The notes: generated from the sequence alone by a model not told the origin. DNA of 64,000 bases from Polaromonas sp. (GCA_040400815.1 JBBAPN010000007.1:9926-73925); one strand, 5' to 3'. Positions 27,466 to 36,059 are shown, counted from the first letter of the stretch. Made by a program: numbers and translations.

Positions 27466-28809
27466 ATGACTTCTGCCATCGTCTACATGAGTGACTCGCC
27501 GAGTGCACCCGGCTTAGTGGCCGACCTAGAGGCCATCGGTGTTCGGGTCTTGGCCAAGGCCCTGGCGTGCGACAAGTTGGTGCATGACGTGAATTTCTAT
27601 GCACCAGATGTGCTCATTTGTGCCGATGCATATCCCGCTGCGGGCTTGCTGTTGGCTTTGCACGCCGTGGCGACAAGCGCGCCGTGCCCCTTGTTGGTCT
27701 TCACCAGCGACAGCGATGCCGCCAACATCACACGCGCTGCCGAAATAGACGTGCACGTTTACGTGGTTGATGGCTACGGACCACAGCGGTTGACGTCCTT
27801 GATTCATTTGGCCATGGCGCGGTTCACGGCTGCACAAGCCGTACAGGCGGAGCTCCTGGCCGTCTCGACCCGTTTGGCCGAGCGCAAGATGGTCGACCGC
27901 GCCAAGGGCATTTTGATGCGGGCGCGCCAGCTGTCTGACGACGACGCTTTTCAAATACTGCGCACCGCGTCGATGCACAGCAACCAGCGGCTCGGCCAGG
28001 TCTCGCAGCAGATCATCCACTCCGCGCGTTTTGCCGAAGACGTGAACCGCTCGGGGCAGCTGCGCATGTTGTCGCAGCGGCTGGTCAAGTTGGCGCTGTT
28101 GCAGGCGGCGGGCGTGCAGGTCGAGGCGTCGCAAGCGCGTTTGCAAAACTCGGTGACGTGCGTTGACGCGATTTTGCAAGCGCTGGCTAAAAATGTGTCG
28201 CAGCCAACCTTGGTGGACTTGCTGGCGCAGGTTGCCGGCACTTGGACTCAGCTCAAACTGGCGCTGCCAGGGGCTGAACCTAAGGGCTTGCAAAAAAGTG
28301 TGCAGAAAAACAAGCTACCAAAAATCGATGTGGCGCAGCTCGACGATTTGGCTGAGCAGTTGTTGCAAGAGGCCGAGCGTCTGACCGCTGGCCTTGAAAA
28401 TGCCGGTGCTGTGCCGCCGCTGAAGATGTTGAATTTAGCCGGCCGTCAGCGCATGTTGAGCCAGCGTTTCGCCAAATATGCCTTGCTCGAAGCGATCGGC
28501 GACAGCGCCCGCCGCCCGCTTCACGCGGCGCGCATGGCCGAAGCCCAAACAGCGTTTGAGCAAGGCTTGCAGTATTTGAACGCGCTGCCGCTGAGCAGCC
28601 AAGCGATTCGCGCGGCGCTTCATACCGCCGGACTGTGTTGGGCCAGCATGTTGGCGGCCACGGCTCAAACCTCTGGCGCTGCTGACCAGGCTCGCTTGTC
28701 GCGTCTGTCCAGCCTTGCACACCTTGCTGAAGCCAGCGAAGAATTGCTCGGCGTCTTCGAGGCCTTGTCGACGCATTACGAGAGCAGCCTGCAAATGCTG
28801 ATCGGCTGA
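27466..28809 (+). CDS. Pseudo-receiver + ANTAR + two NarX/PilJ-type nitrate-sensing helical domains; soluble
   Basis: N-terminal ~190 aa colinear with NasT (ERKMVDRAKGILM..AFQILRTASM); then VNRSGQLRMLSQRL and LNLAGRQRMLSQRF P-box-like motifs; no clear TM segment. Confidence 0.82.
   Translation: MTSAIVYMSDSPSAPGLVADLEAIGVRVLAKALACDKLVHDVNFYAPDVLICADAYPAAGLLLALHAVATSAPCPLLVFTSDSDAANITRAAEIDVHVYVVDGYGPQRLTSLIHLAMARFTAAQAVQAELLAVSTRLAERKMVDRAKGILMRARQLSDDDAFQILRTASMHSNQRLGQVSQQIIHSARFAEDVNRSGQLRMLSQRLVKLALLQAAGVQVEASQARLQNSVTCVDAILQALAKNVSQPTLVDLLAQVAGTWTQLKLALPGAEPKGLQKSVQKNKLPKIDVAQLDDLAEQLLQEAERLTAGLENAGAVPPLKMLNLAGRQRMLSQRFAKYALLEAIGDSARRPLHAARMAEAQTAFEQGLQYLNALPLSSQAIRAALHTAGLCWASMLAATAQTSGAADQARLSRLSSLAHLAEASEELLGVFEALSTHYESSLQMLIG
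27568..27616. promoter_or_regulatory. Tandem NtrC-like sites inside the ANTAR-sensor ORF
   Basis: TGCGACAAGTTGGTGCA (27568-27584) and TGCACCAGATGTGCTCA (27600-27616), centres 32 bp apart. Confidence 0.5.
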
Positions 28810-28812
28810 GGC

Positions 28813-30636
28813 ATGGCCTTCGACATCGACATTGGCTTCGCCTCGCTGGCTGGCCGCAAAGACAGCAACGAAGACTTTTGCGCCGCCATGCTGCCCGAGC
28901 CGGGGCAAGAGGCGATGGGCTCGATCGTCGCCATTGCCGATGGCGTCAGTACCGGCGGCATGGGCAAAGAGGCGGCGCAAACCACCGTCACCAGCCTGGT
29001 CCGCGACTATTACGCGACGCCCGAAACTTGGGACACCACGGTCGCGCTGGAGCGCATCATCCGCGCCCAAAACAGCTGGCTGGCCGGCGTCAACCGGCGG
29101 CGCCACCCGGCCATCGGCTTGACGACCTTGACGGCCTTGGTGTTGCGGGGTCAGTCTTATGCGCTGGCCCATGTCGGCGACACCCGTGCTTATGTGCTGC
29201 GCGACGGCCAGCTGACCCAGCTGACCAGCGACCACGTCGTTGATCACCCCGACCTTCGACACCAGTTGCTGCGCAGCGTGGGGGCCGACGACGCGTTGGT
29301 GGTTGACTACGCCCAAGGCGACCTTCAGGTCGGCGATGTCTTCGTGCTGCTGTCCGACGGTGTTCACAACGTGTTGTCGGCCAAGCGCTTGAAGGCCTTG
29401 ATCAAGCCGCTTGAGCCGGCTCTGGACGGGGCCGAAACTGCAGACTCCGAAAGTCTGAGCCGGCAATTGGTCGACATGGCCTTGGCGGCAGGCAGCACCG
29501 ACAACGCGACCGCCATGGTGGTGCGTGTGCGCGGCTTGCTAGAGGCCACTTTGCAGGACGAAAACCGACGGGCACAGGCCTTGCCGATACCGCCCCGCTT
29601 GAAAGTCGGCGACCTGCTGGACGGCTTGCGTGTTACCGCGCCGGTCGCCGACAACGGCATCAATGTGCTGTACCAAGTCAGGGACGGGTCAACGCAAAAA
29701 CTCTATGCCCTGAAAACGCTGCACCCGGCCCGCGCGCACGACCCCGAGGAACGAGCCATGCTGGCACATGAGGCTTGGCTGGCCAAACGCATGCAGTCCT
29801 CCCGCGCCGCCGACTATTTCGTGCATATCCACGAGTCGTTACCGGACCCATTGACAGACAAACCAGCCGGCGTCCAAGCGGCCCTTGAGCGCCGCAGTCC
29901 GAGTGCGTTTTACCTGCTGTACGACTGGCATGCCGGTGAGACCTTGCAGCAGCAGCAGCTGCGGCAGCACAAGTTGGCGCTGCCACAAGCGCTCAGTGTG
30001 GCCACCCAAGCGGCCAAAGCCTTGGGCCGTTTGCACCGGCAAAATGTGATTCATCGCGACATCAAGCCGGCCAATCTGCACCAGGGCGAGGACGGCGTCT
30101 TGCGGGTGCTCGACCTCGGCGTGGCGCTGTCCGGCCGCGAGCCTGAGTCGATGCGCCGGCTGCACGCGGGCACGCCCAGTTACATCAACCCCGAGCAGTG
30201 GGGCTTGAACAGCAGAGCCAATGGCTCGGCGCAAGACAACCCGGCCGAACTGCCCGATGCGCAAAGTGATTTGTTTGCCTTGGGCGTGACGCTTTACCAG
30301 TTGCTTACCGGCAAGCTGCCCTACGGTGAAGTGTTGCCCTACCAAGTCGGCCGCTATTACCGTGACCCGGTGGCACCGAGTCGGCACAACCCAGAAGTGC
30401 CGATCTGGCTGGACCATGTGTTGCTGAAGGCGGTGGCCCGTGACAAACGCCAGCGATTTGAAACCGCCGAAGAATTTTTACTGGCACTTGAGCGCGGTGC
30501 GTCAAGGTCTTTGACGGCGCCAGCGGCCACACCGCTGATGCTGCGCGATCCGACGGTTGCCTGGAAAATTGCCCTGAGCGTCAGTGTCGTGTTGAATGGG
30601 TTGTTGGTCTTTTGGCTGCTGTTTTTGCCAAAGTGA
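28813..30636 (+). CDS. Bifunctional PP2C-type phosphatase / Hanks-type Ser/Thr kinase with C-terminal membrane anchor
   Basis: PP2C: GRKDSNED, IADGV, HVGDTRAY, LLSDGV, GSTDNAT. Kinase: YALK, HRDIKPAN, DLG, GTPSYINPE, SDLFALG. Terminal WKIALSVSVVLNGLLVFWLLFL. Confidence 0.9.
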   Translation: MAFDIDIGFASLAGRKDSNEDFCAAMLPEPGQEAMGSIVAIADGVSTGGMGKEAAQTTVTSLVRDYYATPETWDTTVALERIIRAQNSWLAGVNRRRHPAIGLTTLTALVLRGQSYALAHVGDTRAYVLRDGQLTQLTSDHVVDHPDLRHQLLRSVGADDALVVDYAQGDLQVGDVFVLLSDGVHNVLSAKRLKALIKPLEPALDGAETADSESLSRQLVDMALAAGSTDNATAMVVRVRGLLEATLQDENRRAQALPIPPRLKVGDLLDGLRVTAPVADNGINVLYQVRDGSTQKLYALKTLHPARAHDPEERAMLAHEAWLAKRMQSSRAADYFVHIHESLPDPLTDKPAGVQAALERRSPSAFYLLYDWHAGETLQQQQLRQHKLALPQALSVATQAAKALGRLHRQNVIHRDIKPANLHQGEDGVLRVLDLGVALSGREPESMRRLHAGTPSYINPEQWGLNSRANGSAQDNPAELPDAQSDLFALGVTLYQLLTGKLPYGEVLPYQVGRYYRDPVAPSRHNPEVPIWLDHVLLKAVARDKRQRFETAEEFLLALERGASRSLTAPAATPLMLRDPTVAWKIALSVSVVLNGLLVFWLLFLPK

Positions 30637-30666
30637 GCTGCTGAACAGTCCCACTTTGGCCGACGC

Positions 30667-31881
30667 TCAAGCGCTGCGCGCCCGTCCGCCTTTTTCTGCC
30701 CAAGTGCGGGTCCAACGCAATTGCATGCTGCGCAGCATGACCAGCATCAGCAGCGACAGGGCGGCAAAGAAGAAAAAGCCCCACATGTAGCTGCCGCCGT
30801 ATTGCTTGGCCACGCCCATGGTGCTGGGCACCAAACCGCCGCCCAATGCACCGATCTCACCGATCATCGAGCCAGCCACGGCGGTCGACATCGGCCAGCG
30901 CAGCGGCACCAGTTGAAACACCGCGCCGTTGCCAGCGCCCAAGGCGGCGAAGCACAAGATGATCAGCAGCGTGGTGGCCGGCAAAGATTGACCGGCAAAG
31001 CCGCAGGCCACCAGCGTCAGCGCGATCGTCAGCAGCACCACCGTCAAGGTGTTGATGCCGCCCAAGCGGTCTGAAATCCAGCCGCCGAAGACACGCAAAG
31101 CCGCACCCATGAAGGCTGCCAGCATGGTCAGTTGGCCGGCTTGGACTTTGCTCACGCCAAACTGGTCGTAGTAGTAAGTCGGCAAAAAGGTCGCCAAACC
31201 GATGAAGCCGCCAAAGGTCACGGCGTAAATCAGGCTGAAGGCCCAGCCGTCTTTTTCGAACAGGCAGGCGATGTGTTCTTTGAAGCCGGCGTGTTTGTCG
31301 ACGTCAGTCGGTTCCTTGGCAAACACCACCATGACCACCATGGGAATGCTGACCGCCACCGCGGCCATGCCGTACACCGCGACCCAGCCGAAAGCTTGGG
31401 CCAAGGGTGGCGCGAGCAACACTGACACCGCCGTGCCGACGTTGCCAGCACCCACCAGACCCATGGCCAGTCCTTTGTGGCGTGCCGGAAAAGAGCCCGA
31501 GCCGAGCGACAGCGCCACGCCAAAGCTGGCGCCGGCAATGCCCAGCAAGACGCCCATCGCCAGCAGGTCATTGAAGCTTTTGACAAAGAAAAAACCGAAC
31601 ATCATGGCCACCGCAATCAAGCCCATCTCAACCAAGGTGGCTTTTTTACGGCCGATGTACTGCGACAGCAAGCCCAGCGGAAAACGCATCAGCGCACCGG
31701 CGACGATCGGCACGGACAGCATCAAGCCCTTTTCTGCTGGACTTAAGTTGAAGGTCTCTGAAATAAAGGGCGCCATGGCGCCGTTCAAGACCCAGATGCA
31801 GCAAGAAAAAGAAAAATACAAAAACGCAGCGAACAGCGTGGGCGAATGGCCACTCTTTAAAAAACCTGAAAAACCCGCCAT
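30667..31881 (-). CDS. MFS nitrate/nitrite transporter (NarK/NasA family)
   Basis: About 12 hydrophobic segments; nitrate signatures GIAGASFGVAL..GLVGAGNVG and GAGNGAVFQLVP..GEIGALGG; conserved Arg in ALMRFP and ALRVFGG. Confidence 0.9.
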   Translation of the reverse strand: MAGFSGFLKSGHSPTLFAAFLYFSFSCCIWVLNGAMAPFISETFNLSPAEKGLMLSVPIVAGALMRFPLGLLSQYIGRKKATLVEMGLIAVAMMFGFFFVKSFNDLLAMGVLLGIAGASFGVALSLGSGSFPARHKGLAMGLVGAGNVGTAVSVLLAPPLAQAFGWVAVYGMAAVAVSIPMVVMVVFAKEPTDVDKHAGFKEHIACLFEKDGWAFSLIYAVTFGGFIGLATFLPTYYYDQFGVSKVQAGQLTMLAAFMGAALRVFGGWISDRLGGINTLTVVLLTIALTLVACGFAGQSLPATTLLIILCFAALGAGNGAVFQLVPLRWPMSTAVAGSMIGEIGALGGGLVPSTMGVAKQYGGSYMWGFFFFAALSLLMLVMLRSMQLRWTRTWAEKGGRARSA

Positions 31882-31919
31882 GGTGCACATCCAATCTAAT
31901 TTTGACTTGCATGCACTAT

Positions 31920-31935
31920 TGCGAAACTCGTGCCA
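31920..31935 (-). promoter_or_regulatory. sigma54 promoter of MFS nitrate transporter
   Basis: TGGCACGAGTTTCGCA; upstream TGGTGC half-sites (31975-31980) and palindrome TTGGTGCGCACCAA (32022-32035). Confidence 0.8.
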
Positions 31936-32045
31936 GCTTTTGAGGCCGTTTTCAGGGCGGAAATAAGCCTACATTGGTGCGTTTGTCAGTGAAAATCATG
32001 CGTGTTGTGAATACAGTCATGTTGGTGCGCACCAATTCAATGTCT

Positions 32046-32861
32046 TCATGCGCTTTGTTTTTCCACGTGTGCTTGCCGGGTGTACAAAAAGTCGATCACA
32101 GCCTTGCGGTAGTTCAGGTACTGCGCGCTTTCAGCCAACACCACGCGGCTGCGCGGGCGTTCTAGCTTGACTTCCAGCACTTCGCCAATGGTGGCTGAGG
32201 GGCCGTTCGTCATCATCACGATCTTGTCGCTCAGCAGCACCGCTTCGTCGACATCGTGCGTGACCATCACCACCGTGCTCTGCGTGGTGGCGACGATTTG
32301 CAGCAACTCGTCTTGCAGCTTGGCGCGGGTCAAAGCGTCGAGCGCACCGAAGGGTTCGTCCAGCAGCAAGACCTTCGGCTGCATTGACAAGGCGCGCGCA
32401 ATGCCGACCCGCTGCTTCATGCCGCCAGAGATTTCTCCGGGCCGCTTGTGGGCTGCCGGCGTCAGGCCGACCATGGCCAGCGCGGCCTCGGTGCGTTCTT
32501 TCAGCTGTGCCCTGTTGTCGGTTTTTGAGAAGACGCGTTCGACCGCCAGGTAGACGTTTTCAAAGCAGGTCAGCCAAGGCAGCAGCGAGTGGTTTTGAAA
32601 GACCACCGCACGCTCAGGGCCAGGGCCTGAGATTTCGCGGTTGGCGCAGAGCAGCGCGCCCTCAGTCGGCGTGGTCAGGCCGGCCAGCAAATTCAGCAAG
32701 GTGGACTTGCCGCAGCCGGAGTGACCGATCAGCGCCACAAACTCGCCCTTGGCCACGGTCAGGTCAATATCCTTCAGGGCGCAAAACTGTCCTTTTTTGG
32801 TCTTGAAGGTTTGCTCAACGCCCTGGATTTCAATGTACTTGGTGCTCAATGAAGTGTGCAT
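32046..32861 (-). CDS. Nitrate ABC transporter ATPase (NrtC/D, NasD-like)
   Basis: GHSGCGKST, VFQNHSLLPWLT, ISGGMKQRVGIARAL, MMTNGPSATIGE. Confidence 0.93.
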   Translation of the reverse strand: MHTSLSTKYIEIQGVEQTFKTKKGQFCALKDIDLTVAKGEFVALIGHSGCGKSTLLNLLAGLTTPTEGALLCANREISGPGPERAVVFQNHSLLPWLTCFENVYLAVERVFSKTDNRAQLKERTEAALAMVGLTPAAHKRPGEISGGMKQRVGIARALSMQPKVLLLDEPFGALDALTRAKLQDELLQIVATTQSTVVMVTHDVDEAVLLSDKIVMMTNGPSATIGEVLEVKLERPRSRVVLAESAQYLNYRKAVIDFLYTRQAHVEKQSA

Positions 32862-32870
32862 GATGGGCTT

Positions 32871-33800
32871 TCAGTTCTTGACTTCTTCAAAGGTGAAGGC
32901 GGTGGCGATCTTGATCAAGATGTATTCCAGAATCAGGCCCACCAGGCCGATCACAAAGATGGCGATGATGATGTTCTTGACGTTCATGTTGTTCCATTCG
33001 TCCCAGACCCAAAAGCCGATGCCAACTCCACCGGTGAGCATCTCAGCGGCGACAATCACCAGCCAGGCGGTGCCGACGGCCAGCCGCACACCGGTCAGCA
33101 TGTAAGGCAGCACCGCAGGGAACAAAATCTTGGTGAGAATTTTCCATTCAGACAAGTTCAGCACCCGCGCCACGTTCATGTAGTCCTGCGGCACGCGTTG
33201 CACACCGACCGCCGTGTTGATGATCATGGGCCAGATCGAGCAGATGAAAATGGTCCAGATGGCGGCCGGGTTGGCGCCTTTGAAGACCAGCAGGCCGATG
33301 GGCAACCAAGCCAGCGGCGAAACCGGCCGCAGCAGGCTGATGAGTGGGTTGAACATACGGCTTAAAAACGCAAAACGACCAATCGCAAAGCCCACCGGAA
33401 TGCCAACCAGTGCTGCCAAGCCAAAGCCCATGGCGACACGCTTGAGCGAGGACAAAACGTTCCAGCCAATGCCTTGGTCGTTCGGCCCCTTGTCATAGAA
33501 CGGATCGCTGAAAAGGGTTGTCGCCTGCAGCAAGGTGTCCTTGGGCGACGGAATCGCCGCGGCTGTGCCCATCGAGACCAGTTGCCAGGCCAGCGCCAAT
33601 AGGCCCAAGCCAAGCAGCGGCGGTAAAACAGCCGACCACAACCACGAAAGGTCGGGACTGGCTTTTGAGGCGGCTGGCAACGGCGCGGATTTTTCAATCC
33701 TGCGTCGCACTGACCTCGGGCTGCTGCTTGCAACGAAGCCAGGCTCGACGCTTGCGGGCTCTGCAGCGTTCAGCGGGTTGTGAAAGACGGCACTGACCAT
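32871..33800 (-). CDS. nrtB: Nitrate ABC transporter permease (NrtB/NasE)
   Basis: DPFYDKGPNDQGIGW, LRPVSPLAWLPI, AWLVIVAAEML, GFWVWDEWN. Confidence 0.93.
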   Translation of the reverse strand: MVSAVFHNPLNAAEPASVEPGFVASSSPRSVRRRIEKSAPLPAASKASPDLSWLWSAVLPPLLGLGLLALAWQLVSMGTAAAIPSPKDTLLQATTLFSDPFYDKGPNDQGIGWNVLSSLKRVAMGFGLAALVGIPVGFAIGRFAFLSRMFNPLISLLRPVSPLAWLPIGLLVFKGANPAAIWTIFICSIWPMIINTAVGVQRVPQDYMNVARVLNLSEWKILTKILFPAVLPYMLTGVRLAVGTAWLVIVAAEMLTGGVGIGFWVWDEWNNMNVKNIIIAIFVIGLVGLILEYILIKIATAFTFEEVKN

Positions 33801-33857
33801 GGCAAAACCTTTTTTCTGTTCGGGTGAATCAATTCAAACCAAGCCGGATGCGTCAAT

Positions 33858-35102
33858 TCAAACGCGAACCTTGAAGCTGTCGGCGTATTTCTTTGGGTCT
33901 TTGCCGTCCCAGACCACACCGTCCATCAGCTTGCTGCTGCGGGTTTCGCTGCTCGGCAGGCTGACCTTGGCGGCTGTCGCGGCTTGCTTGTAGATGTCAA
34001 TTCGGTTGACTTGTTTGGCCATCGCCAGGTAGTCCGGATGTTCTTTGATCAGGCCCCAGCGCTTGTGCTGCGTCATGAACCACATGCCGTCCGACAGGTA
34101 CGGAAAGTTGACCGCGCCGTCGTTGTAAAACTTCATGTAATTCGGGTCGTCCCAGGTCTTGCCCATGCCGTTTTGGTAGCGGCCCAAAATACGCTGGTTG
34201 ATGACGTCGACGCTGGTGTTGACATACGATTTTTCGGCGATGGTTTCGGCCATCTTGTTTTTGTTGCTCAAGCTGGCGTCTATCCATTTGCCAGCTTCCA
34301 AAATAGCCGCCATCACGGCGCGCGTGGTGTTGGGGTATTTCTTGGTGAACTCGTCGGTGGTGCCCAGCACTTTTTCAGGATGGTCTTTCCAGATGTATTG
34401 TGTGGTGGTCGCAGTGACGCCGACACCGTCCATGATGGCGCGGTGGCCCCAAGGCTCGCCAACGCAAAACCCGTCCATGCTGCCGACGCGCATGTTGGCG
34501 ACCATTTGGGGTGGCGGCACGGTGATGACTTTCGCGTCCTTCATCGGGTTCATGCCGTTGGCGGCCAGCCAGTAGTACAGCCACATGGCGTGGGTGCCGG
34601 TCGGGAAGGTTTGCGCAAAGGTGTATTCGCGTTTGTCACTGGCCATCAGCTTGGCCATGCCGGCGCCATCGATACCGCCTTTGTCTGCGAGCTTTTTCGA
34701 CAGCGTGATGGCTTGGCCGTTGTTGTTCAGGCCCATCAGCACGGCCATGTCTTTTTTAGGCCCGGCCGTGCCCATGTGCACGCCATAGATCAGGCCGTAC
34801 AACACGTGGGCAAAGTCGAGCTCACCGCTGACCAGTTTGTCGCGCACGCCGGCCCAGCTGGCTTCTTTGTTGGGAATGATTTTGACGCCGTATTTCTTGT
34901 CAAAACCCAGCACCGAGGCCATCACCACCGAGGCGCAGTCGGTCAACGGTATGAAGCCAATCTTCACTTCCTTTTTTTCCGGGGCGTCAGAGCCCTGAGC
35001 GTAAACCGCCGCGCGCAGGGCTGGCGTGATGCCAATGGCGCCCAGCGTGGCGGCTTGCAAAACAGAGCGACGGGACAAAGACGATTTCAGCAGTTCAGTC
35101 AT
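33858..35102 (-). CDS. nrtA: Nitrate ABC transporter periplasmic binding protein (NrtA/NasF, CmpA family)
   Basis: Tat signal SRRSVLQ; IGFIPLTDCA, AQTFPTGTH, VPPPQMVANM, FCVGEPW, WKDHPEK. Confidence 0.93.
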   Translation of the reverse strand: MTELLKSSLSRRSVLQAATLGAIGITPALRAAVYAQGSDAPEKKEVKIGFIPLTDCASVVMASVLGFDKKYGVKIIPNKEASWAGVRDKLVSGELDFAHVLYGLIYGVHMGTAGPKKDMAVLMGLNNNGQAITLSKKLADKGGIDGAGMAKLMASDKREYTFAQTFPTGTHAMWLYYWLAANGMNPMKDAKVITVPPPQMVANMRVGSMDGFCVGEPWGHRAIMDGVGVTATTTQYIWKDHPEKVLGTTDEFTKKYPNTTRAVMAAILEAGKWIDASLSNKNKMAETIAEKSYVNTSVDVINQRILGRYQNGMGKTWDDPNYMKFYNDGAVNFPYLSDGMWFMTQHKRWGLIKEHPDYLAMAKQVNRIDIYKQAATAAKVSLPSSETRSSKLMDGVVWDGKDPKKYADSFKVRV

Positions 35103-35143
35103 GTCGATAACTCCAAAGGTGTTGAACAAGAAAAAGCAATCGC

Positions 35144-35244
35144 AAAAAACAAAAAAGGCGTTCGAACCGGGCAGACACAGTGCTGTGTTGCCGGGTGCGA
35201 ACGCCTTTGTTCGGGGGACTCACCACTTCGCCGTTGAAGTGATG
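35144..35244 (-). promoter_or_regulatory. ANTAR antitermination leader (two hexaloops overlapping an intrinsic terminator)
   Basis: CACTTC-AACGGC-GAAGTG and CGAAC-AAAGGC-GTTCG; AAAGGCGTTCG alternatively pairs with downstream CGAACGCCTTT, followed by TTTGTTTTTT. Confidence 0.9.
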
Positions 35245-35262
35245 CGTCGATGCAGTTGTATT

Positions 35263-35278
35263 AGCAAAAGCTATGCCA
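35263..35278 (-). promoter_or_regulatory. sigma54 promoter of nrtABC
   Basis: TGGCATAGCTTTTGCT, GG-N10-GC. Confidence 0.87.
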
Positions 35279-35350
35279 TCGTTTGCGCGCTTGTTTCAAC
35301 CACGTTGAATGGCGTGATGGTGCGAAACGAGGGTTGGTCAGTGCGTATGG

Positions 35351-35385
35351 CGCACTGCTTTTGTGCGCCGCACCAATTTAGGCGG
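35351..35385. promoter_or_regulatory. NtrC-like enhancer sites upstream of nrtA promoter
   Basis: CGCACTGCTTTTGTGCG (GCAC-N7-GTGC, 35351-35367) and CGCACCAATTTAGGCGG (35369-35385). Confidence 0.65.
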
Positions 35386-35387
35386 GT

Positions 35388-36032
35388 TCAGCCGAGCAGG
35401 TCGGCGGCGTCCAGCAGGCGTTGGGCCACCTCGCCCATGCGCAAGCCCTTGTCCATGGCCGCTTTGCGTAGTTTTTCATGGGCAAGAGGTTCACTCAAAC
35501 CTTGGCGCTGCATCAGCATGGCTTTGGCCCTGACGATAGTTTTTTGGTCCTGCAACTCGCCTTTGGCGGTGGCGAGTTCGCGCCTCAAACCTTGCTCGTG
35601 TTCGAAGCGCGCCATCGCCACGTCCAAAATAGGGCGGATGCGGCTCGGCTCCAAGCCGGCCACGATGTAGGCGGAGACACCCGCCGCCACCGCGTCCTTG
35701 ACGTGGCTGGTGTCGTCGTCGTTGGTGAACAGCACGATAGGCCGGCGGGCGTCGCGGGTCGCCATGACCACGTGCTCGAGTGAGTCGCGGGCGTCGCTTT
35801 CGGCGTCGACGATGATCATGTCGGGTTGCAACTGCGCCAGCCGTTCGGCCAAAAAGGTGTCGGCGGGCAGGGTGGCGATCAGGTTAAGGCCGCCTTCGAG
35901 CAAGCCAATGCGCAATTGGCGCGAGCGCTCAATCAGCGCCAAGGCGGCTGCATCGTTGGCGTCGACCACCGATAAATCCGGCGCAATGACGACCAATCGC
36001 AAAGAGGACAGCGGCTTTTGGAGCGTGAACAT
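35388..36032 (-). CDS. nasT: NasT-type pseudo-receiver/ANTAR antiterminator
   Basis: QPDMIIVDAESDARD, RPIVLFTNDDD, GVSAYIVAGL, ANTAR KTIVRAKAMLM..LRKAAMDKG. Confidence 0.9.
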   Translation of the reverse strand: MFTLQKPLSSLRLVVIAPDLSVVDANDAAALALIERSRQLRIGLLEGGLNLIATLPADTFLAERLAQLQPDMIIVDAESDARDSLEHVVMATRDARRPIVLFTNDDDTSHVKDAVAAGVSAYIVAGLEPSRIRPILDVAMARFEHEQGLRRELATAKGELQDQKTIVRAKAMLMQRQGLSEPLAHEKLRKAAMDKGLRMGEVAQRLLDAADLLG

Positions 36033-36043
36033 GCGCATTTTTT

Positions 36044-36059
36044 AGCAATATTCAAGCCA
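36044..36059 (-). promoter_or_regulatory. sigma54 promoter of nasT
   Basis: TGGCTTGAATATTGCT, GG-N10-GC; predicted +1 falls at about the nasT ATG. Confidence 0.65.

Noticed and set aside
33858-35102. NrtA-family gene as the missing NasS sensor
   Set aside because: It carries a twin-arginine export signal and heads the permease/ATPase operon, so it is the transport binding protein
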